Source: a virus (Duplodnaviria > Caudoviricetes). Taken from it: a stretch of DNA of 63,602 nt. The position numbers were made by a program, and so were the translations under genes. Position 1 is the first letter of the stretch. Each line of letters starts with the position of its first letter. The DNA lies in the IMG/VR virus record IMGVR_UViG_3300034022_000282, positions 1 through 63,602 of that record; one strand, written 5' to 3'. The notes beneath the pieces were generated by a model, which did not search any database, was not told where the DNA came from, and saw only the letters and a program-made list of their open reading frames with translations. Shown in pieces: positions 1-9,981 of this stretch.

Positions 1-1
1 A

Positions 2-529
2 GGTGCTTCAATTACTAGTTTAAATATTGCTTTTGTTGCTACTGTAGGTAGTTCTAATTGTGGTATTCGTGTAACTGAATATGGTAACACATTTAATGGT
101 TCAAATGTATTAGAGCCAATGCCTAACAAAATTATGAATGTTAGTTGCAGTTCTAATTTGTCAGGAACTCCTGTTCAAAATAACCAAATTGTAGCTAAAG
201 ATTACACGTCTTCTATAGGTAATCCTGTATCATTTACTTACACTGAAGGTAATGGTACTTATCCACAGATCTTTAAAAAGGAATTAACTGCTGCTGGTTA
301 CGGAGGATTTATCAACCGTATATTCTTGCCAGATAATTTCCCTCTTTATTCTGTAAGTGGTGCTACTTATGATACTATTGGTTTACAATATGGTACTAGT
401 GTTACTGATTACACTGCTCAAGGTTACAAAGCAGGTGAAACTTTAGACGCAATTATTGCTGTTCCTTTTTCTTCTGTAGGAAATCAATTTGCTACTTTAG
501 CAACAATTTTATCTAGTCCAAACTGGTAA
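2..529 (+). CDS. 5'-truncated virion structural protein (probably head/auxiliary capsid protein)
   Basis: The frame of ORF 119..529 is open from position 2 (GASITSLNIAFVATVG...). G/T/S/N-rich composition, a strong terminator follows, and it sits at the head-tail junction of a crAss-like layout. Confidence 0.55.
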   Translation, partial: GASITSLNIAFVATVGSSNCGIRVTEYGNTFNGSNVLEPMPNKIMNVSCSSNLSGTPVQNNQIVAKDYTSSIGNPVSFTYTEGNGTYPQIFKKELTAAGYGGFINRIFLPDNFPLYSVSGATYDTIGLQYGTSVTDYTAQGYKAGETLDAIIAVPFSSVGNQFATLATILSSPNW

Positions 530-551
530 TAATTAATCTAATTAATAAATT

Positions 552-580
552 AAAGGGTAAGAGAAATCTTACCCTTTTTT
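552..580 (+). terminator. Rho-independent terminator
   Basis: AAAGGGTAAGA-GAAA-TCTTACCCTTT hairpin followed by a T-run, 22 nt after the stop at 529. Confidence 0.9.
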
Positions 581-597
581 GTTTTATAATTAAATCG

Positions 598-605
598 TAT
601 ATTTG
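598..605 (+). promoter_or_regulatory. Bacteroidota sigmaA-type -7 box (TAnnTTTG)
   Basis: Intergenic TATATTTG just after the terminator, 4 nt before ATG 610. Confidence 0.65.
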
Positions 606-609
606 AAAC

Positions 610-1278
610 ATGAACACAATATTTGGTAACTTTATTGAAAAGACACTTCCTAATCTTAGGGATGCACTTATAAAATTAGTTGTAGGTACTAATGAAACTA
701 CAATGAATCTAGAAGATTTTAAAACTTTAATGGCACCTGAACCAAATTATAAAGTGTATACTGCATTAGTAACACAGAGTGGTGGGGATGAACCTTTAGA
801 AATAAATGGAGATGAAGCAATACCGTTAACTATTGGTGTTACTTATGAGATTATTGATAACTCTCCTAATTTGGCAGATTTTACTAATGTTGGTGCTCCA
901 AACAATAATATAGGAACAAAATTTGTTGCTACAGGAACAACACCTGCAAGTTGGGGTAATATTGATGAAGGATGGGCTGTACTTGGTTACAACCTAGGTG
1001 CTCCAACAGTAACAGTATTAGAAAATACAATTGGTAATATTTGGTTTACGTATGGTAATGTTGGTGAATATTATATTTATTCTAATGATTTATTTACACA
1101 AGATAAAATGTACTTATCTATTATTCCATTAGTTAATTTTGATTCTGGGGCAAATGTTCCAGCGTTTTTATTTAATCGACAAGATATTAATGAATTATTA
1201 CTTACAACATCAAATGCAGGAGATAATCAAAATTATCAATTATCTAGCACTCCAATAGAAATAAGAGTATACAACTAA
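610..1278 (+). CDS. putative virion structural protein
   Basis: 222 aa, beta-rich; YKVYTALVTQSG...APTVTVLENTIG...PIEIRVYN pattern; structural gene context. Confidence 0.5.
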   Translation: MNTIFGNFIEKTLPNLRDALIKLVVGTNETTMNLEDFKTLMAPEPNYKVYTALVTQSGGDEPLEINGDEAIPLTIGVTYEIIDNSPNLADFTNVGAPNNNIGTKFVATGTTPASWGNIDEGWAVLGYNLGAPTVTVLENTIGNIWFTYGNVGEYYIYSNDLFTQDKMYLSIIPLVNFDSGANVPAFLFNRQDINELLLTTSNAGDNQNYQLSSTPIEIRVYN

Positions 1279-1282
1279 TCTA

Positions 1283-2098
1283 ATGGCATTAATATCTAAA
1301 CATAAATCAGTTCCAAATCAATCAACCCAGTATTTAACCTTAACGGAAACTACTGGTGTATTTGGTACTTTAAACCCCGGAGGTTACGGTGCAGGTCAAA
1401 CTCCTGCAGGTCTAAGAGAAATAGGAGATATTTTAACTTCTAATTATAGTATATTAAATTATAATGGTACTTTAACTTATACTGGTTCTACTACACCTGT
1501 AATTACAGAAGAGTTATATTCTACAAATTATAATAATACTAATGCTCAATTAATAGCTGGTGGTACAACACAATCTTTTGATTTAGCTACTTTAATAGGT
1601 GTTAATTATGTAGATGCTGTTTACAAATCAATTTATTATAATTGGTTTAATGGAACAAATATTATTAATCAAGGAGATGCTCCTAATATTTTAGTTGTAC
1701 CTAATTATAATGAATTTACAAATGCTAAATATATTAAAATAGATATTACAGGTTTAGGTGATTTTGAAATTTACGAAGTATTACAAGTTAATACAAATAA
1801 TACTATTGTAATAAATAGTAATACAGCATTTGATAGTGACCATGCATATCAAGTAGGTTATGAATCAACAGCTTACTTTGCTAACACATATAACATTAAC
1901 AAGTGTTTACATTTTAAAATATCTCAATTATCTCTATCAACTTGTAGTTGTAAAACAAAATCTACTGAAAAATTATATGAGGCTGTAATGATGTACATGT
2001 CAATACAACCTAATATGGATTTAGGTAAATACACTAAAGCTCAAGAAATTATTCAAGCCTTAACTATATACTGCAATGGTGGAGAATGTAATTGTTAA
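1283..2098 (+). CDS. putative tail hub/collar-type structural protein with Cys-rich C-terminus
   Basis: 271 aa ending TCSCK...YCNGGECNC; lies before the fibre genes as in crAss-like phages. Confidence 0.5.
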   Translation: MALISKHKSVPNQSTQYLTLTETTGVFGTLNPGGYGAGQTPAGLREIGDILTSNYSILNYNGTLTYTGSTTPVITEELYSTNYNNTNAQLIAGGTTQSFDLATLIGVNYVDAVYKSIYYNWFNGTNIINQGDAPNILVVPNYNEFTNAKYIKIDITGLGDFEIYEVLQVNTNNTIVINSNTAFDSDHAYQVGYESTAYFANTYNINKCLHFKISQLSLSTCSCKTKSTEKLYEAVMMYMSIQPNMDLGKYTKAQEIIQALTIYCNGGECNC

Positions 2099-2339
2099 TT
2101 ATAACCAAACTCAGATAGACGATATTATATGTGAATTAAATGGCTTGTACACAGACTTAACTGGAGTATTAGCTAAACAATGGTTATATTCTGTACCTTG
2201 TATTGATATGTGTTTACTTAAAGAAGTATTTCTTTTAAGATGGGCTATTGATGGACAATTAGATACAAATCTTCTTTCAACAGAAGAATTAAATTATATA
2301 GTAGATAGAATAAATAATATAGCAAACTGCTCATGTTAG
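2076..2339 (+). CDS. small structural protein (hub-like) ending in CSC
   Basis: 87 aa helical ORF overlapping both neighbours, C-terminal NCSC. Confidence 0.5.
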   Translation: MVENVIVNYNQTQIDDIICELNGLYTDLTGVLAKQWLYSVPCIDMCLLKEVFLLRWAIDGQLDTNLLSTEELNYIVDRINNIANCSC

Positions 2340-4540
2340 AATTTAATTCAACAAATGATAATGATTGTGGATGTGACCCCGGATCCTTAAATGGTTTTAC
2401 AGATCCGTCATGTCCTGCACCTTCAGTAGTAACTTGGAATAGTATTCAAGGTAAACCTTCATGTTTTACTCCTTGTGCTCATACCCATGTTCCTGGAGAC
2501 ATTATTGGATTAGAAGCTTATATTCAAAGTGTTGAATTTATTAGTAATATAGCTACAACAAATTCTATACAATTAACAGCACCTTCAGGATTTTTAAATG
2601 CTAATTTAAGATTATCAGCAAACACAGGAGTAGGTTATAAAGTACCTTTGTCAATTTTATCTGATGGATTAATTGGACAAATACCTTATGCTTCTGGATC
2701 AAATGCTGGTATACTTAGTGCTGCAGATTGGATTAATTTTAATAACAAGTTTAACACACCTAGTGGTACAATATCACAATATGTAAGAGGAGATGGTAGT
2801 TTAGGTACATTCCCTGCATTTGGTACATTATCTTCAGTAGGTATAACAATGCCGGCTGCTTTTGGTGTAGTAAATAGCCCATTAACAAGTAATGGTACTA
2901 TTGTAGTAAATGCATTAGGTACATCTGCTCAATACATTAGAGGTGACGGAACTTTAGCTGTTTTTCCTACTAGTAGTGGGTCTGTTACATCTGTTGGATT
3001 ATCAATGCCAGCAGCTTTTACAGTTACTAACTCTCCCGTAATAAGTTCCGGAATATTAACCGTTACTGCAGCAGGAACTGCATCTCAGTATATAAGAGGT
3101 GACGGTACACTTGCAACATTACCTACTGGTGGTGGAGAAGGAGGATCTTCTATTTATTATTATTTAAATGGTAGTGTTACTGCTTCTGTAGCAGGATATA
3201 AACAAATGGATTTTGATCCTGTTTTAGGATTAGGTACTGATTTTCCTTTATTAGGAAATGGGTTAATTGCTCAGTTTTTAACTGATGTTGCAAATCCAAA
3301 TAGATTAGAAATACCGGGTGGTGCTTGGAATATAGAAACGTGGTTTAGTATGTCATCTTCTGGAGGTGCTACTAAATTTTATGTAGAACTTTTAAAATAT
3401 AACGGTACTACATTTACTACTATTGCAGATAGTTCGGCTGTTCCAGAAACTATTACAGGTGGTACAAGTATTGATTTGTATTTAACGTCATTAGCAGTAC
3501 CAACAACTACGTTATTAGCTACAGATAGATTAGCTATTAGAGTTTATATAGTAGATAATTCAGGAGGTAGAACTGCAACATTACATACAGAAAATAGTCA
3601 TTTGTGTCAAATTATTACAACTTTTGCTGGTGGTATATCTGCATTAAATGGTTTAACAGATAATACACAATATTTTGCTTTAGGATCAACAGGTACTTCA
3701 TATAGTATTGTTTCATCTGGAAATACTCATACTTTTAACACACCTTCATTTACAATAGGTAGTGTTCCTTTCGGAAACGGTACTGGATTAACTGAAAATA
3801 ATACTAAATTCTTTTGGGATAATACTTTATTTAAATTAAAACTTACAGATAGTAAATTAGAATTTTTAGATACAGATGCAATAGCTGGTTCTGCTTTATT
3901 AGAATATAAACTGCAAAATACTATAATGCCAATGTTAGTTTGTGAACAAACTGATACTGATGGTGACGCTGCAATGTATTTTAAACTTAAAGCATTTAAT
4001 AATGCAGGTACTGCTGAATCAGGACAATCGTTAGGTTATTTATTTGGTATTATAGATGGTGTAGATACTTCAATTGGTCAAGTAGGATTAAGTTGGAATA
4101 CACCTAGAGCTAGTACAGGAGCTAACAGATTAACATTATCAAACACATACGATTCTACAGGTACAATTGTAATACAAGCTACAGCTTATACTCAAGTAGA
4201 TGGGTTAGCAATTACTAAAGCCGCTACTAATACTTTTACTACAGGTACTGTATTTTTTTCAATTACCTACCCTTTTAATGTTATGAGATTTAATTATGGG
4301 GGTACATCTGGAACACATAGTATAAAATTACCTTACAATTTTGATTTGCCTATACCTGATGGTTATATTGCTATAATAAAAGCTATTAATGCTAAAGGCA
4401 CTGCTCCAGATGTAGTTATGGTTGTTGAACCTATGGGTGGTGACACTTTAGAACCTTTTACATTTACAGCTGATTATCAAAGTGTTACGTATAGATATAA
4501 TTTATCTAGTACTCGTTGGGACATAATAGCAAAAGTTTAA
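2333..4540 (+). CDS. tail/collar fibre protein
   Basis: 735 aa; Cys-rich N-terminus (DCGCDP..CP..WNSIQGKP..PCAHTH); three GTxxQY(V/I)RGDGxL repeats with SVG(I/L)xMPAAF repeats; G/S/T-rich. Confidence 0.75.
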   Translation: MLEFNSTNDNDCGCDPGSLNGFTDPSCPAPSVVTWNSIQGKPSCFTPCAHTHVPGDIIGLEAYIQSVEFISNIATTNSIQLTAPSGFLNANLRLSANTGVGYKVPLSILSDGLIGQIPYASGSNAGILSAADWINFNNKFNTPSGTISQYVRGDGSLGTFPAFGTLSSVGITMPAAFGVVNSPLTSNGTIVVNALGTSAQYIRGDGTLAVFPTSSGSVTSVGLSMPAAFTVTNSPVISSGILTVTAAGTASQYIRGDGTLATLPTGGGEGGSSIYYYLNGSVTASVAGYKQMDFDPVLGLGTDFPLLGNGLIAQFLTDVANPNRLEIPGGAWNIETWFSMSSSGGATKFYVELLKYNGTTFTTIADSSAVPETITGGTSIDLYLTSLAVPTTTLLATDRLAIRVYIVDNSGGRTATLHTENSHLCQIITTFAGGISALNGLTDNTQYFALGSTGTSYSIVSSGNTHTFNTPSFTIGSVPFGNGTGLTENNTKFFWDNTLFKLKLTDSKLEFLDTDAIAGSALLEYKLQNTIMPMLVCEQTDTDGDAAMYFKLKAFNNAGTAESGQSLGYLFGIIDGVDTSIGQVGLSWNTPRASTGANRLTLSNTYDSTGTIVIQATAYTQVDGLAITKAATNTFTTGTVFFSITYPFNVMRFNYGGTSGTHSIKLPYNFDLPIPDGYIAIIKAINAKGTAPDVVMVVEPMGGDTLEPFTFTADYQSVTYRYNLSSTRWDIIAKV

Positions 4541-4541
4541 T

Positions 4542-4549
4542 TATATTTG
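4542..4549 (+). promoter_or_regulatory. Bacteroidota -7 box
   Basis: TATATTTG(TAA) in the 27-nt gap before ATG 4568. Confidence 0.55.
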
Positions 4550-4567
4550 TAATAAATAAATAATAAA

Positions 4568-4882
4568 ATGGGATTAACTAATTTAGAAGCTTTAATAACC
4601 TCGTTAGTTGGGTTTTATACTCGTAGAGGATATAACGGTAGTGTAGGAACACTTGAAACTTTTACTCCATTATCTGAAACATCAGTACCTGCACAATTAG
4701 TATATATTTCTAATACAATAGGTCAAACACTATTGGTATCAACTGATGCTGGTGCAACTTACTTAGCATTACCTGATGGTGCCGTATTTCCTTTTAACAA
4801 TATTGCAGATTTAAGTGCTGTTTGGGTTAAAGCAGCAGATGACACTATAGATTTAGTTGTAACTTACAGATACGAAATTTAA
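4568..4882 (+). CDS. small beta-rich structural/fibre-associated protein
   Basis: 104 aa; TAATG overlap with the next gene. Confidence 0.55.
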   Translation: MGLTNLEALITSLVGFYTRRGYNGSVGTLETFTPLSETSVPAQLVYISNTIGQTLLVSTDAGATYLALPDGAVFPFNNIADLSAVWVKAADDTIDLVVTYRYEI

Positions 4883-7035
4883 TGATTCAAATCATTATAA
4901 AATATGGTAGACCTATAGTATTAGCCATTAAAAAATCTGGTAGTACTCCTCCTCCTATCCTATCTTGGATATGGGGAACTATTACAGGTACTAATTGGGG
5001 TACTTCTACTCCTGGTAAACTTTGGGGTGTACCTGAATCTACAACAGCTCCTGCTAATTTAACTGCACCAACAATAACAGGTGCTGCAATAGTTGGCCAA
5101 ACATTAACTATTAATGGTGGTACTTGGAGTGCTGTTCCTTATATTTTAAAATACGATATATACAGAGGTGCTACCTTATTAACATCATTAGCTACTTCAA
5201 ATAGTAGTATTAGTTATACGGTATTACAATCTGATGTGGGTGGTAGTATAAGTTGTGTAGTGTCTGCAATAAATAGTGCAGGTACAGCAGTTGCTCCTAC
5301 AAGTAATACTGTAACAATAATAGATACTATTATCCAGAAAAGTGGTAGTGCTAGTGCAGCAGCTTACGACATAAACATGGTGTTGAACTCAAGCTATGCA
5401 AACTACTCAACTCAAATAGTACGAGTAAGACGTAGCGGAGATAATGCAGAAGCTAACTATGGTGTAGCTTCAAATGGTTATGTTGATTGGAGTGCAATTA
5501 CAACATGGGTAAATGCAGGTGGTGGTACACAAAATGGATTTGTAGTTACTATCTACGACCAATCAGGTAATGGTAGAAATTTTACACAAAGTACACAATC
5601 AGCACAAATGCAGATTATTGCAAGTGGTGTATTATTAACAGACACAGGTGCAGGTAGTGGAGCAGTTCCACGGGCAGCAATGAGATCAACAGGCACACAA
5701 TTCTATGAAGTTGCCGCAAGTACAGCAATGTTTAATTTCTTGCACAATGGAGGAGATGGATGGATTACAAGTGTTCAAAGATGTGGAAATGTTGCAGACC
5801 CTGCGGCATTCTACGGGATAGTTGGTAACTTTGGTGGCTCAGGTGCAAATACAGGCTTTGCTGTTGGTTTTGCAGATAATAGTCCCAATAATAATGCAAC
5901 ATACCAAGCTATTTGGAAAGGCTCAAATCCACAGCCAGCAGCAACATTAGTAAGTAATGTAATGACTGCAAATCAAATAGCAATTCTTAATTTTCAATTT
6001 GATGCTGATAATGCAACATTAGCTAATAGAGCAATTAATTGGGTTAACAATAGTACAGCAAATGCAAATAACACTCTTAATGGAACTCCTGTTACATCTA
6101 ATGCAACATTTAATTTACAGTGGGGTTCTAATGGAGCTGGTGGTTTTGGAATTGTTGGAAGTTTACAACGTTTAATTATTTGGAATGCAAACTTATCAAC
6201 TCAAAGAACAACATTAACAGATTTAACTAATAGTTACTATGGTATTTACACACCTGTAATTGTAAGTGACCCTAATGCTCAAGCATTTGTTGATGCTGCA
6301 AGTATAACAAGTCAACCACAAGCAGATGCTGTTAATACCTTAGTAATAGGCATGAAAGCACAAGGGTTGTGGACTAAAACGCCAGCAGTTTACCCTATGG
6401 TGGGTGGTACAGAATATTCACATAAGTTTAATCTTAAAGACCCTCGTGATTTAGATGCAGCATTTAGATTGGCATTTAGTGGAACTTGGATACATTCAAG
6501 TACGGGAGCAACGCCTAATGGTACTAATGCGTTTGCTGATACATTCTTAGTTTGTTCTACAGAATTTAACACTACAACATTTAACCATTTTAGCTATTAT
6601 TCAAGAAGTAATACGGCTAAAGCAGCTGAATATGTTATGGGGTCATTTGATGGTGTTGGGAATACTGGTATGATAATTAGACGTGACAACAATTCAAGTT
6701 TAATGATAGCCGATTACCCGTCTTCTACAACATTTAGAGCAGCAACTGGTTCGGTTACAGATTCACGAGGTTTTTTCTTAGGTAGTCAAACTGGGGCAAA
6801 TATAAAAATGTTTAAAAATAACATTTTACTTGCTAGTAATACAGGAGCTACATTAAATTCAGCTCAATCAACCAGAAGTGTTTATATTGGGGCATTAAAT
6901 AGTACACCTGCAAGTTTTTATACTGATAAAGAATGTGCATTTGCTTCAATAGGTCAAGGATTATCAGACGCAGAAGTTACTTCACTAAATACATTAGTTC
7001 AAGCTTTCCAAACAAGTTTAGGCCGTAACGTATAA
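4882..7035 (+). CDS. multidomain fibre/adhesin: Ig-like domain plus two ConA/LamG-like (arabinofuranosidase-B-like) domains
   Basis: APANLTAPTITG..VGQTLT..GTW (Ig-like); VRVRRSGDNAE..GFVVTIYDQSGNG; DPNAQAF..YPMVGGT..HKFNLKDPRDLDAAFRL. Confidence 0.65.
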   Translation: MIQIIIKYGRPIVLAIKKSGSTPPPILSWIWGTITGTNWGTSTPGKLWGVPESTTAPANLTAPTITGAAIVGQTLTINGGTWSAVPYILKYDIYRGATLLTSLATSNSSISYTVLQSDVGGSISCVVSAINSAGTAVAPTSNTVTIIDTIIQKSGSASAAAYDINMVLNSSYANYSTQIVRVRRSGDNAEANYGVASNGYVDWSAITTWVNAGGGTQNGFVVTIYDQSGNGRNFTQSTQSAQMQIIASGVLLTDTGAGSGAVPRAAMRSTGTQFYEVAASTAMFNFLHNGGDGWITSVQRCGNVADPAAFYGIVGNFGGSGANTGFAVGFADNSPNNNATYQAIWKGSNPQPAATLVSNVMTANQIAILNFQFDADNATLANRAINWVNNSTANANNTLNGTPVTSNATFNLQWGSNGAGGFGIVGSLQRLIIWNANLSTQRTTLTDLTNSYYGIYTPVIVSDPNAQAFVDAASITSQPQADAVNTLVIGMKAQGLWTKTPAVYPMVGGTEYSHKFNLKDPRDLDAAFRLAFSGTWIHSSTGATPNGTNAFADTFLVCSTEFNTTTFNHFSYYSRSNTAKAAEYVMGSFDGVGNTGMIIRRDNNSSLMIADYPSSTTFRAATGSVTDSRGFFLGSQTGANIKMFKNNILLASNTGATLNSAQSTRSVYIGALNSTPASFYTDKECAFASIGQGLSDAEVTSLNTLVQAFQTSLGRNV

Positions 7036-7061
7036 AATATAAAATAAAAAATTAAAATAAA

Positions 7062-8930
7062 ATGGCAAGTATATTCAACCAAGACATAGGTTTAAACTAT
7101 AAAGGAATTATAACTTTAGGTAGCACTATAAACCAAAACCTATCAGGTACATTACAATATTTAACTGATGGTGATGGCAATAACTTGCCTTTACAAGTAA
7201 GTACTACGGGATTACAATTTAATGCTATTGAAACCATTTACAGAAATGCGGCTGGTACAAACATAGCAATGAATGTATGGGGTAACTTAGGTAGAGTTGC
7301 AATAGGTGGATTAACTACAAACTATACTCCTTCTGCTCCATTACAAGTACGTGGAGATGCACTTAGCCCAATAGCACGTTTTGAAGATAATGCAGGTACT
7401 TTAGCTTTACAAGTTCAGCATTCTATAAATGGTATAGGTTTATTAACATCAGGTAGTTGGGTTGGCTATAATAGCTCAACAACACAATTAGTAGGAATAC
7501 AAGGTGGGTATTATTATATACTTAATTCTACAAGTAGATTTCAAATAAATTTAGCTACTAACGAAACTAGAAATTTAGGTAATTTATTTGTAGGTAGTGT
7601 AGCTGTAACGTCAACCGCAAGATTACATGTACGTGGAGATGGAACTAACCCTTACGTAAGATTAGAAACTCCTGCTGGAGCTTCCGTTTATGAATTTAAT
7701 GTTATACAATTTGATATTGGAGCAGCTTCTACAAATATGAATGTAAACTTTAGAAGTAACAGCAGTACGTTTACTTCTACTCAAATGGCTTCTACATTTG
7801 AAGGGTTTAGATTTAATTTTGGTACAACTGCTTTTTCATCTAATGGAAGTTGGAATAAAATATATTTTAATCAAACCTACACGTTAACAGGAGCTGTAAG
7901 TAGTAACATTAATGAAATAAATTTAGTTTCAACATTTAATGCAAACGCTAATACAGGTGTATTTAATGGAGTAAATGTTAGACCAACTATTAACCAAACA
8001 GGTGGAGCTAATGGTATCACAAGAGGACTTTACGTAGCTCCTACACTTACAGCAGCTGCTGATTTTAGAGCTTATGATTCAGATATTACATTTGCAAATG
8101 CGTCAGGTAGTAATAAGCTTTCGTTATTTAATGCTAATTATACTATTAATAATACAGGAACTACAAGTGGTAGTATTGTTACAGGTATTAAACTTAATGC
8201 AACTGAAACGTCTATAACTGGTACTACTCACAACTTGATGGATTTACAGGTTGGTGGGCAATCAAGGCTTAGGTATACACCTACAGCTAATTCAGGGTTA
8301 CAAATAACAAGAACTGATAATGCTTATGTTTCCGTAACTTTAAATAATAATGGTATAACTGTACATCAAAACTTAGGTGTTACATCAAATTATTATGTTG
8401 CTACTGTTGGAAGTGTTCTTTATACAGTTAATAGTTGGACAATAGGTAGTAATGCAGTAAACTTTGCAAGATTACACGTTAGAGGTGATGGTACTAATCC
8501 AATAGCTAGGTTTGAAACCAGTGCTGGTGGGGCATCATATATTATTAACTCAACAGGTACTGCTCATACATTTACAGGTAGTGTTGACGTTTCTGATGTT
8601 GTAAACGTAGCTGCAACAAGAGGTTATTTCTGGACAAATAGAGGAGGTATAGCAACTTCTGGAGATGGTATTATTTTATTACGTAATAATAATAATACTG
8701 ATTTTAATAGACTTAATTTTGGAGGTAATACAAGTAGTTTCCCGTCATTAAAAAGAAATACAATTGCATTAGAAGCAAGATTAGCTGATGATAGTGATTT
8801 TACTTTTATACAAGGTAAATTAAGAACTGAAACTAATTTTACAAGTGAACCAGCTGTAATGGCTAGTGGTTACATAGTTCTTTATGATTTAGATGGTACA
8901 GCATATAAAGTTTTAGCAACAGCATTATAA
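7062..8930 (+). CDS. tail fibre/spike protein
   Basis: 622 aa N/T/G/S-rich; three (A/P)xL(H/Q)VRGDxxxPxxRxE repeats near 7338, 7617 and 8466. Confidence 0.7.
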   Translation: MASIFNQDIGLNYKGIITLGSTINQNLSGTLQYLTDGDGNNLPLQVSTTGLQFNAIETIYRNAAGTNIAMNVWGNLGRVAIGGLTTNYTPSAPLQVRGDALSPIARFEDNAGTLALQVQHSINGIGLLTSGSWVGYNSSTTQLVGIQGGYYYILNSTSRFQINLATNETRNLGNLFVGSVAVTSTARLHVRGDGTNPYVRLETPAGASVYEFNVIQFDIGAASTNMNVNFRSNSSTFTSTQMASTFEGFRFNFGTTAFSSNGSWNKIYFNQTYTLTGAVSSNINEINLVSTFNANANTGVFNGVNVRPTINQTGGANGITRGLYVAPTLTAAADFRAYDSDITFANASGSNKLSLFNANYTINNTGTTSGSIVTGIKLNATETSITGTTHNLMDLQVGGQSRLRYTPTANSGLQITRTDNAYVSVTLNNNGITVHQNLGVTSNYYVATVGSVLYTVNSWTIGSNAVNFARLHVRGDGTNPIARFETSAGGASYIINSTGTAHTFTGSVDVSDVVNVAATRGYFWTNRGGIATSGDGIILLRNNNNTDFNRLNFGGNTSSFPSLKRNTIALEARLADDSDFTFIQGKLRTETNFTSEPAVMASGYIVLYDLDGTAYKVLATAL

Positions 8931-8949
8931 TATTAATAATTAAAATAAA

Positions 8950-9240
8950 ATGATAATAATAAGTGAAAAATCGTTTGTAACTCTAAGTGAAGACTTACAA
9001 ACCCCTAAAAAAGTAAAACAAGGTGTAGTTAAATTTACAACACCTGCATTGGGTAAAGTTAGTGGCTGGTTAACATTAGAAGATGAATCAGGTGCTGAGG
9101 TAACTAATTGTTTAATAACAGAATACGATCAATCATATTTTGTTGGTGAAAAGTTAGATATTTTATTAACTTTGCATGTAGATTTTAAAGCAGTTTTAGA
9201 AGCTTTAAATCCAAGTTTAACAATTACAATTGAAATTTAA
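8950..9240 (+). CDS. hypothetical protein (possible fibre assembly factor)
   Basis: 96 aa ORF with A-rich leader, directly after a fibre gene. Confidence 0.55.
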   Translation: MIIISEKSFVTLSEDLQTPKKVKQGVVKFTTPALGKVSGWLTLEDESGAEVTNCLITEYDQSYFVGEKLDILLTLHVDFKAVLEALNPSLTITIEI

Positions 9241-9252
9241 TTAATAAATCAT

Positions 9253-9426
9253 ATGCAAATAGAACAAGGAAAAAAGTACAACGTAGTACTTACAGGAGAA
9301 GAATTAGCATTAATTCAAAATGCTTTGGTAGAATTACCATTTAAATTTACAGCAGCTTTAATCCAGGGGTTACCTGAGAAGATTACTGCTTATGATGAAA
9401 ACAAATTAGAAATAGTAGAGGGTTAA
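9253..9426 (+). CDS. small hypothetical protein (57 aa; not in the ORF track)
   Basis: MQIEQGKKYNVVLTGEELALIQNALVELPFKFTAALIQGLPEKITAYDENKLEIVEG; fills the gap, A at -3 context. Confidence 0.6.
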   Translation: MQIEQGKKYNVVLTGEELALIQNALVELPFKFTAALIQGLPEKITAYDENKLEIVEG

Positions 9427-9450
9427 CCTCTATTATTTCTCCATTAAACT

Positions 9451-9573
9451 ATGGCAAAAGTAGCTACTAAACAGAATTTTAAATCGTCACCTTTTGGTAC
9501 TAAGAAGAAAGGTATGGCTAAAAAGAAATTAAACAAACACGAAAACAAAAAACCGTATAATCGTCAAGGCTAA
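9451..9573 (+). CDS. small basic peptide (40 aa; not in the ORF track)
   Basis: MAKVATKQNFKSSPFGTKKKGMAKKKLNKHENKKPYNRQG. Confidence 0.55.
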   Translation: MAKVATKQNFKSSPFGTKKKGMAKKKLNKHENKKPYNRQG

Positions 9574-9578
9574 TATCT

Positions 9579-9737
9579 ATGAAACAAGTTGCATTAGAAC
9601 TCACAAAAAAACATGGTTGGAAAGTGTTAGCATTTATACTGCTAATGCTTGCCGTTAAGTTTACAAACTTAGAACCTAAAATGGTAATTGATTTTTTAAA
9701 CGATAAATCTGTTATTCAAAATGACTCTACCAATTAG
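9579..9737 (+). CDS. small single-TM membrane protein (52 aa; not in the ORF track)
   Basis: MKQVALELTKKHGWKVLAFILLMLAVKFTNLEPK...; overlaps the start of 9721. Confidence 0.5.
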   Translation: MKQVALELTKKHGWKVLAFILLMLAVKFTNLEPKMVIDFLNDKSVIQNDSTN

Positions 9738-9981
9738 TTTCAAAACATTTAGTAAAGACCCGTACAAGGCTACCATGTTTATGGTTCTTTGTGCTATTGC
9801 ATACTTGTACGTAGATAATAAGATTAACTATACAAGTCAAATAACTAAACACGAGCAGAAGATAATTGTGCTTGAACAAAAAGTTGATTTGTTAAGTTCA
9901 GCATTAAAACGTTCTGATAGTGCATTAGTAGCTGTCACGACAAGACTAGAAGTATTAACTCAAATGGGGGCTATCAAATAA
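9721..9981 (+). CDS. membrane protein with one TM helix and a coiled coil (holin/antiholin-like)
   Basis: ATMFMVLCAIAYLYV hydrophobic stretch followed by a heptad pattern. Confidence 0.55.
   Translation: MTLPISFKTFSKDPYKATMFMVLCAIAYLYVDNKINYTSQITKHEQKIIVLEQKVDLLSSALKRSDSALVAVTTRLEVLTQMGAIK

Noticed and set aside
2333-8930. Diversity-generating retroelement acting on the fibre genes
   Set aside because: No reverse transcriptase and no near-identical TR/VR pair differing at adenines was seen in the window.
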